This document shows positions 54,006 to 64,000 of a DNA stretch of 64,000 nt, piece after piece; position 1 is the first letter of the stretch, and each line of letters opens with the position of its first letter. The notes below the pieces were generated by a model, which was not told where the DNA came from, did not search any database, and was given only the letters and a program-made list of their open reading frames with translations. Position numbers and translations under genes: made by a program. The stretch is from positions 109,120,001-109,184,000 of the forward strand of contig OX597816.1 in the NCBI GenBank assembly GCA_951406725.2, written 5' to 3'. The stretch is from Octopus vulgaris. Lineage: Eukaryota.

Positions 54006-56555
54006 TCAGTAGTCAAAAGTCTTACTTGAAGAGACAAAAATATCGCGACTGTGCTGTGAGAATAAAAGATTTGTTGTGAATTACAAACCTAACGAGTTTA
54101 TTATTCTATTTATACGTGTCTTTCCTCATCTTGCATATAATAAAACGCAATATGTGACCTGTCGATCACGCTCGTAGAGGGAAACTAAAAGCACAAACGG
54201 AGTGGGGCTGAGTGACAGTCAGAAACGCCAAATGCAGCCGAACTGCTGTAGTGAGAGATTTTACTTTGAAGTCTCTGAGCAAATGTCTAACGTAAACAAT
54301 ACATACTTTAATAATTTCCCATCAACACATTAGTTTTCAAAATATCGTTCACGTAACGCACATACACACACACAAACTCACATACACATACTCACATACA
54401 CGTATGTATGTATGTATGTATGTATGTCATTATTAAGTTTTATTTCAAGATTTCTCGCCAATAGAGAATGGGCCGGTTTTTAACCTAGGTCCAAGAGTCC
54501 TTCATTGGAATTGCAACATCAACAGGGTATTTTTGTATGTATGTATGTATGTATGTATGTATGTATGTATGTATGTATGTATGTATGTATACGTGCAGAT
54601 TTGTCTTCTCATGCATATACTTGTGTATCTAGACATATTTATATATACTTAAATGATAAACCTCTGGAAAGTTTTACTATGTATGTATGTATATTCTTTA
54701 ATTTTTTTCTGTCTTTCATTTCAGTCCGCTTTTCCATGCTTGGAAAACTAACCCGCATTTCTTTTTCTAAGAAAAGAATAACACTTTCATGCTCACACAT
54801 TCACATACACACATCTGCATATGTATTCACATACATCGTTGTTTTACTGTCTCCTTGCCTTATCATTAGGCAGTAGGTGCAAGCGCGTGTCACTGTCATG
54901 CAAGAATGGTTCCTTTTTCCAATCTTCCACATAATCTGTGCAAGTCTGATCCAAGTAGGCATGGAAAAGTAGAGATTCCATAGATACATATACAATATAT
55001 CTGATTGCTTAAGTACTTCAGTTCAGTGTATCTACATATTCCTTCTCAATTGATGACAGTTATCAAAAGTGTCTACAATTGTTTTGATGTGCCATTTTCT
55101 ACCATTTATAAAACTGTCGGGATTTTTGACGACACGGGTATTACAGTTATAGCATGTTTTTGAAGTAATTTCAAAGTTTTATCAATATTTTCATACTTTT
55201 AATATACATTTTTTGAGTGATAAATATTCACTTTATATTTTAAAATCATTATTGAATTCTTGATATCAGCGGGCAATTTGCCATCGGTGAATGTGCCAAT
55301 CATTCAATTACTTGTAGATGGGTATGCTAATTGGTGAATTGTTGGTCGGTAATTCAGCATCGGTGAATTGCTGTCTCTGAATTTTCAGGTACCTAATGAA
55401 ATCATCCCTCAGGGTACATACGCAGGAAGTTTGAAAGTTGGAAAATATTTTTTTAGTCTATTGTAAGATAAGAAGGCAGCTATTTTCCTGGCTTTAGGAT
55501 CGGGATTTCTTTCCCTAGTTATCTTCTGTTTGTTTTGTTTCGATATGTGACACACAAACACGCACACACACACGTGCGTGGTCGTATGACACTCTCTCAC
55601 ACACCTACTTATATATACATTCATACTGCAAAAATTAAACGAGAGATAATGGGTAGAACGAAAGAGTGATTGAAAGCAAAAAGAGAAAAAAAGAGAAAGA
55701 AAGAGGGGAAGCGAAACAGAGAAGAAAAGAAAATGTTTCGGAAATTCCTAAAATTCCGGAAGGTTTCCAAGACATTTTTTAGGGAAAAGTCTTTGGTAAA
55801 AATTTAATCATATTTTGGATGTAACGGAGTTATAATAGACGGAGTGTGTTCATTGCCTAAGCATGAATTTTCTCTCATGCAAAGACTGAAGATCTCTGGA
55901 TTGGCATTAAAGTTTAAACCTGATTTTCGCAAGTTCCGTAGAATTATATTCTCTTCTGCGATATGGAATGTGCAATGTGCATGTCTTCGTTGCATTTATA
56001 GATGCAACTTTCTTTCAGCTGACGTCAAACTGCCATACATACCTTTCTAATTTTGTAGGATTTGATGTTTCTAGATAAGGCAGTGCATTTGCAAAATCCT
56101 TACTCTAAGAGCTTATCGGTCAATCCGATAAACTATATTAATTTAGTGTTGTGGTTCTCATCTATAGATTTGATCCTTTGGAGGTTAATGTTTGTGCTGA
56201 ATTTTTTCCTTCTTTCTCCTCTCTTTTTTTCTCTCGCTCCCATCACAGTCTTCCTCTATCTCCGAATGAGTTCTTGAGGAGTGTTAGAGAAAGCGAATAA
56301 GAGAGCGTGCTTGGGTGTATGCCAAATAATTAAAGAAGCCGGAAGGTGATAGAAAGATGCTAGGAGCACAGCACCGTCTCTTAAGATACAATAAATTAAA
56401 AAAGCAATAAACTTTTAAAACTTGAAACCTTCCACGACTCCCAGTAAATGTAACAGTTGTTTTGAATGATCCTGGCCTGAAATGGGTAGGTTTGACGAAT
56501 AACAAAAGTATACTATTAATTACCCTTTTGTCCTAGAAAATTGATATATTTTCTT

Positions 56556-56630
<75 letters not shown>

Positions 56631-56659
56631 ATTTATTTATCTATCTATCTATCTATCAG

Positions 56660-56756
<97 letters not shown>

Positions 56757-56795
56757 ATACCTGTCTATCTGTCTGTCTATCTGTCTGTCTGTCTA
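56556..56795. repeat. (TCTA)n/(TCTG)n array without an insert
   Basis: Direct sequence. Confidence 0.95.
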
Positions 56796-59489
56796 CATGC
56801 ATACATATACATAGAAATCATAAGTATTTACACGTTAGCATTCATGCATATTTCGATTTATTTAATACTCATTCATTCACCAGCGCAAGTTCCTTATTTG
56901 TGACAGAAAGGATCCATTGATTTCTAAAATCTAAGGAAATATGTGAATCTAACGAATTATTATGATTGGAGTTGAGTTGGTAGAAATGGTAGTTTCTCCT
57001 CATCCCTTTACATTCCGTGTTCCAATATGAATGAAGTAGATTTTCTGTAAGTAGGTTTTCGCAAAATTAATCGATTATGTAAGTACCAGGTGATGACTAC
57101 ATTTCTAGTTTATGATATTTTAATGGCCGATATTAGGAATTACTTTTAATGAGGTAGACATGGATGTTGTCATGGTTTATGCAGAACTATGTTATATGAT
57201 TTGTGTTTTAGGGCGTATTGTTTTCAAATTTTACCTACACGAGAATTCTGCTCATAGATCTGGGTCATTGCATTGCCCTAACAGACACTCGGATACACAA
57301 TCTGTATTACTTCAAGCAAGCCTTCTCCTATCTCCCATTAAAAAGAGGCAGATGTTCTCCAGACATTAAGTCTCTACCTCTTCCGAACAAGCCAAATATC
57401 CTTTGTTCCCTAAACTTTCTCCTTCAGCAGCTCTAGGCAGCCTCTTTGTGATCGGTAGTCATGCTAGAAATAGCAGACAAATCTCCTTCAAACCACATCC
57501 CATATCTTATAAATTAAAGGGCACTGGTGGGTAATCTGTAAATATGTTTGCTTGTTCATGGCTGACTTGTGGATAAATAGCAAACTCGTTTAGCATAATT
57601 TTCCTTTTAATCAACCTCATTTTGTCGCTTTTCCAAGACTTTTAGCTTAACAATCTTTTGCCTTATTTATTTCTACACGGAGCTGTCATTCTAGAACCTT
57701 CACAAAACCAACGCTTTCTTTTCATTTAATAACGATTTATTAACATAGCAATATTCAAATTGAATATCAACACACACAAACTTTACCTATCAACAGGTTT
57801 CTTTAACATAGAAGACAATGAAATATTAATGCTTACTGTCTCTCTTCTTCTGACTAAGAGATAAGAAATAGCTTTGTAATTTCTTTCAGACGTCACTCGT
57901 TATATAATTTATTATATTCTCAATTTCTTTATTCATTAATATTCTGTTTTCACCGTCTCGATCTGTTATTACAGTTTCTCAATATTCTTTTCCTAGTTTA
58001 ATACCTTTTGTCTTGTTGATATCTTACTTGACATTATCATATGACCTATCTCATAGGTCGTAGACATATTATATCGAATCCTGCACTGAGACTCTTCTCA
58101 TTGATTTGAAATAAAATCGAAAATGTGTTTCGTCTGTCCTACAAATCAATAATTAATTTGACCACTGCACGAACCACTGAAGACGTAATATCTAATTAAT
58201 TTGGGAACCTACAAGAGATAAGAAAATCAATGAGATTGGATTGTATCGGTTGAAATGAGATAAGAGTACACAAGAAAAAGTTTGTTCGAATAAAACGAAT
58301 ATTAAAACGACTAAATACTTGTTTTGTGAAGGAGAGCACATAACAGATAACTGATTACGGAGGATCACTGTTAGGTACTTTATCATCAAACAGAAGGGTG
58401 AAAGCAGTAAAAACTATGTTATGGTATGGTCTGAACTCAGTAAGGTTCAATAAGGTTAGATAACGAATCTGAAACAGTAGAGTATTAGGATGTGCACTTT
58501 TATCCTTACTGATCTATATTATTGCACATATGTTGATATAAATTTCTTTCTGTTGAACGTGGTACTTGTTTACTCGATACAATATGCAGATATAAAGTTA
58601 TAACTGTATGTGATCAGGGAACATTCAACTCGGAGGATCCAATTCTTCATTAATCAATCCAGTAACCTCTTCTGTCAGACATTGCTATCATGTTTTTGAA
58701 GACCAATTATAATTGCCTTCAATTTCACCAAAACCTGAAATGCAGAATATTATATCACCAAACGAAAGTAAGCATATAGACTGCAAGAAGATAACAGGTT
58801 ATTTTCTTTCATTCAAGAACAAATTGTAATTTAACTGTTCCATGTATGGTGGTGAAATAATTGAAGAATGAGCTAGGAACAAACGATAGCACCTTGTGTA
58901 AATGTGGGTGCACCACTTGTTAAAATTAGTAACTGAATTCCTTCAAATCATGTCCTGTCTAAAATAATAAAATGGGTCATGTAGTCTTTGATATATGTCA
59001 GAAAAAAAAAAGGCAGGAGCTTCGAGGCTGGAACACTTTTAGTCATAGTTCTGATATGAAGCTAAAGATAAAAAGTAATCGTTTTCTTCTTTATTGTTGA
59101 GCTAAGAATATATATCACCAGATATAGGCGAAAATCTAACTCGTTAAAGTAGATGACGCTTGTTTTCAAACAGAGCATTTTAATCTTCAAATAACTCCTT
59201 ACGTCTTAAAAATGAAAGCTCATTAGATAATGTAGTCCTAAATACACCTTACCTGAAGAAAAAAGACTGAACGATCACTGATGGAAAGCCTTTAATTATA
59301 GATTTGTTCTGCTCCATTTGATTTAATCACGAGCTGAACAAATTGTCGACTGATATTAAGGTACTGGATTTCTTTTTTAAGATTTGTGAGAGCAAATTTG
59401 TTGCAGCCATTTTTCATGTGATGCTGGATAGGATAATTAGTGTTACATTGCTCTTCAGATCTAATAATACGGAAATGTCTGTGTATGAG

Positions 59490-60215
<726 letters not shown>

Positions 60216-62890
60216 TAGCAAAAGGCAATTTGTATATACAACTTAACGTGGGTGGTGTGTTAGACCACTGAATACTGCGCCATTTGCATTGAAAGGACCT
60301 CTCATTTAGATGCATAGTGCATAAATGCTCTTATATTTATATCGTTGGCAGATTATTCTCTTCCGCTACGGGACCTGAAACTGCCAGATCGCGAGATTTC
60401 ATCCTGCTCAAGTTCTTCAGTGGCAGACGTCTGGTAGCGACAGCCGAATCACACAGTCAGTAATATATAGAATATGCAATGTTTCACCAAAAAGGAGAAC
60501 TATAATTGTCACTAAATGTAACTAGGGTGTTAAGAAACAGTTACATTGCTACAAATAAGAGCTAAAATACTCTAACGCTGTTGTTAACGCGCACATGTGT
60601 GTATATATGCGTGTGTGTGCGTGAGTGTCTGCGTATGTGTGCGTGAATGTACGTGTGTGTATGAATGTATCTATGTTTAATAATACAGGTGCATAAGACG
60701 GATAAAGTTGTAATATATGTGAAGTATACAGCGTCTGCTGGAATCTGTAGAGATGTCATAACTACAATTCATGCATATAGTGTGAAGAAAAGTATTTATG
60801 GTCAAGTGTTTCGAAACTTACAATTTCTTTAGTTAGGTTTATAAATTTACATTTGTATCTATAATAATTTGTGCAACTGATGCAATGCTAGCAAGTCTGT
60901 AAATTATAGTCTTGAAAAACTAGGGATTTCAGGCAAAATAAAAGAGATCTCAAAGTCATATTCCGCAAATTTGTTTAAAATTTTTTCTAAAATTCAGTTT
61001 CTAAATGGTTATAGTTATTGTTGTCTAAATTTTAGCTTTGTTTCTTTTTGATGTGGATTCCTGTTTTATAAGTAGATGCCAAAATATTTTAAAATATACA
61101 AATACATACATATATACATGCATACATACCGAGGGTGAGCATGGCTAAATAATTCATATGTTATACATTATCATCGTATGGATACAAGAAAAATGTGTAA
61201 GATATTCTTAAAATCTCAAGAGTGGAGGATAATTGTTCAAAAACGAAAAAAAAAAGACAACCATTTTTTTTACTTAAACATATTTCCTTTAAAATATTCA
61301 TATTATTGAATAGTTTTATAAAATGAAACAACGATGTTTTCCAGAATCATACTTTTATTTCATGAACATCTGAAAAACATTTTGTTAATTAAAAGACCGT
61401 ATATATATATTTACCCATTTTAATTCTTTTAAGCCTTTATTGTTTACATCCACATTGTCTTGGGTCCCCATCTTTCCTGAGCGACTCACGATACGTAAAA
61501 CGAGATAATTCTTCAGTTTACATGGTGACCTTCTTTCAACTATTGTTGTTTGGAAAACACAAAAAAGCGTAACATGAAATTCTCCACCTCCACGTAAGTG
61601 GAAGATTTAAATGCATGATATAACAACACAACAATTTTGATAATCCAGAAAATACTGATGGAGCAGCACTATCAGCTGTACGAATCATTCTTTAACCTCA
61701 AATCTGCTACAATAGAGCACACATATGTTAAAAAGATGTCCTGCTATGGCTTCCGTCTCGTTTTTTAACATACCGTATCTAGGTCTAGTTCATTCTTCAT
61801 ATGTTAATTCTTTTTAAGCGGATAGGCTGTGATTTAGGGGAAATATCTGTCATGGGTTGAGAACTACACAGAGACCCTCTCGCAGACTCGTTTTAGTTGT
61901 CAAACTGCAGGTGATACCTCGAAAAACGTTCCAGTGGAGACCAAACTTTTATGGAGAAGAGTGTATTTATGAAGACAGCGTGTGACTTGATAGCAGCATC
62001 GCAGCCAATTTGAACGATCACTTAAAGACATGAAGCTGTGTGAGAAGTATTAAAATCTGTATAGGCATCAGTGGATTAGCTAGAACTGACATCTATTTAC
62101 ATGAGTAGAGTAATAACACACTATCTCGAGACTGTCCATAATATCGAATAAATCACAATTACTAGATTTACTACGGATCTGGACAATTATCTAAATTAAT
62201 GCTAGTTAATTCAGCGGAGAATTTGCTTCATCTAATTTCAGAGTGCTCTTCTGAGTGCAACGAAAAATATCTTTTAAAAGAACGACATCGATATAACGGA
62301 TTCATTTATATATAATGATTCCATGAGGACACATATAACCGATGCACTCCGCGTACATTTACTGTCATTTGCACGTGCGGACTGTCATGGTTTAACGAAC
62401 AGGTCCAGTTAACTTTACTACGTAGTTAGGTACACTCTACCTAGCTGTTGTCTTGTGAGGATAAAAAAATAGCTGTTTTTGAGGAGTACCTTCTAAGAAG
62501 AGCCATTACTGAATGCAAAGCTTTCTAAAGTAGGGGAGCTTGTATGCAATCACTGAACTGGTTTGAAATAGCAGTCAAATGTTTTTCATATTATATTTAT
62601 CATAAAAAGGACACATTAGATAACGAAGTCTTGATTATCAAAAAAAACAAAAAAAAACCCAACAAACAAACAATAAAAAAACAAATAAACAAAAATCAAT
62701 AAATAAACTATGAAATGTTCAAGAATGGATCATCTGTGGTCATAGATCTACTTTTACAAGGTTATTTTGAACAACGGCCACAACAACAGCAACAATACTG
62801 ACTAAAATGGTCAGGTACAGATCTCTGGACTACATAGTAGCTAATGCAGGCCTCCAGAGAACATCTGAACGCTGACTTTGGCTGTCAACA

Positions 62891-63020
62891 GTTGTTGTTG
62901 TTGTTGTTGTTGTTGTTGTTCTTCTTCTTCTTCTTCTTCTTCTTCTTCTTCTTCTTCTTCTTCTTCTTCTTCTTCTTCTTCTTCTTCTTCTTCTTCTTCT
63001 TCTTCTTCTTCTTCTTCTTC
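62891..63020. repeat. (GTT)n(CTT)n array
   Basis: Direct sequence. Confidence 0.95.
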
Positions 63021-63404
63021 ATCTCTGTAGGGCAGCTCTGCTTGAACAGATCTATCAGGAAATGAATTCAAGCCCATGATCTCCCGTCTATTTAAGAGTA
63101 TGTATGACAACATTACATAATCTAACACACCTTTTTTTTTTCGTAAGACAGTCGGGGGGAGATTTGAGAGAAATTCGCTTGCTATGTCTAACAGGTTGAA
63201 TGATCAAACAGAAGTTCCCTCGCTGGTTGTTACCAGGAGGCAAATTTAGCAGTTATTACATGGTTTTTGCAAGAAGTGTTTAACTTCTGAAGATATTGAA
63301 GGCATTCGTTTGAGGCTAATGCAAAAACAACTGCCGTATTTCACCATCAGCTTTAAAAGAATATATCTGAACACAGAATAAATTATATAATAATAACACC
63401 GTTT

Positions 63405-63697
63405 TGTCAACAAAAAATAAACCAAATCTGGTAGTATATAATTATGGAATTCTGGAACGGATGAATTCTAAGAAGGCATTTTGAACTGATGCTTAGTTGT
63501 TGAAGATCTTTTGCAAAAAGTTGCCGAGAGGCTAGTAAAAATTGTAGTTGATTGGCGTGAGGTGTGAAGATGTAAGGTGGCTTATGCAGAATTTCGTAGC
63601 CCAGTTCATTCAGTTTTTGTTGAGTCACTTATTGTCTATTCAAAACATTTGCTTAAACATTTTTTATTTGGTATCAAAATTTTCGTTGCACCAAATG
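63405..63697 (-). mobile_element. Mariner transposase C-terminal remnant
   Basis: VTQQKLNELGYEILHKPPY (ORF 63407-63628) matches the mariner T..KL.ELG.E.L.HPPYSPDL motif. Confidence 0.75.
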
Positions 63698-63749
63698 TGA
63701 CCTGGTCACTGACATAGTTTCACTGCATCTAGTTTGTGAGGTTGTTGGT

Positions 63750-63886
63750 TGTGTGGCTGTGTGGTAAGAAGCTTGCTTCCCAGCCACAGGGTTCTGGGTT
63801 GAGACCCACTGCGTGGCACCTTGAGTATGTGTCTTCTACTATAGTGCCCGAGTCGACACGAAAACTGAAAGAAGCCAGTCGTGTGC

Positions 63887-63934
<48 letters not shown>

Positions 63935-64000
63935 GTGTGTGTGTGAGTCTGTGTTTGTCCACCACCACTGCTTAAAAACCGGTGTACACACACGCACACA
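63750..64000 (+). mobile_element. tRNA-headed SINE 5' part with internal (TA)n/(TG)n
   Basis: TGGCTGTGTGGTAAG (A box), GGGTTGAGACCC (B-box-like), ACTGCGTGGCACCTTG. Same family as 35712-36108. Confidence 0.8.

Overview
AT-rich, microsatellite-saturated animal DNA. The SINE and MITE families resemble those I recall from Octopus (coleoid cephalopod) genomes; this assignment is inference, not a database result. No intact host protein-coding gene, rRNA or genuine tRNA is supported, so the window is a gene desert or very large intron, and almost all ORF-track entries are translated simple repeats. Recognisable content is a layered set of mostly decayed transposons: a Gypsy LTR element (1-~3370), a hAT/ZMYM1-like transposase with a nested 315-bp foldback, CR1-like, RTE, R4/Dong-like and Tx1-like LINE fragments, mariner remnants, Helitron/Helentron-type non-autonomous elements, several long-palindrome MITEs and many tRNA-derived SINEs. 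The most interesting signals are: (1) three 3' fragments of a Tx1-like LINE, all with the same 3' end, embedded in (TCTA)n/(GATA)n, suggesting a microsatellite-targeting retrotransposon; (2) a tRNA-Ser-like Pol III SINE whose tail carries a Penelope-type minimal hammerhead ribozyme; (3) Dong/R4-like REL LINEs repeatedly ending in (TAA)n. A few repeat-free islands look like candidate regulatory elements. Boundaries of degraded elements are approximate.
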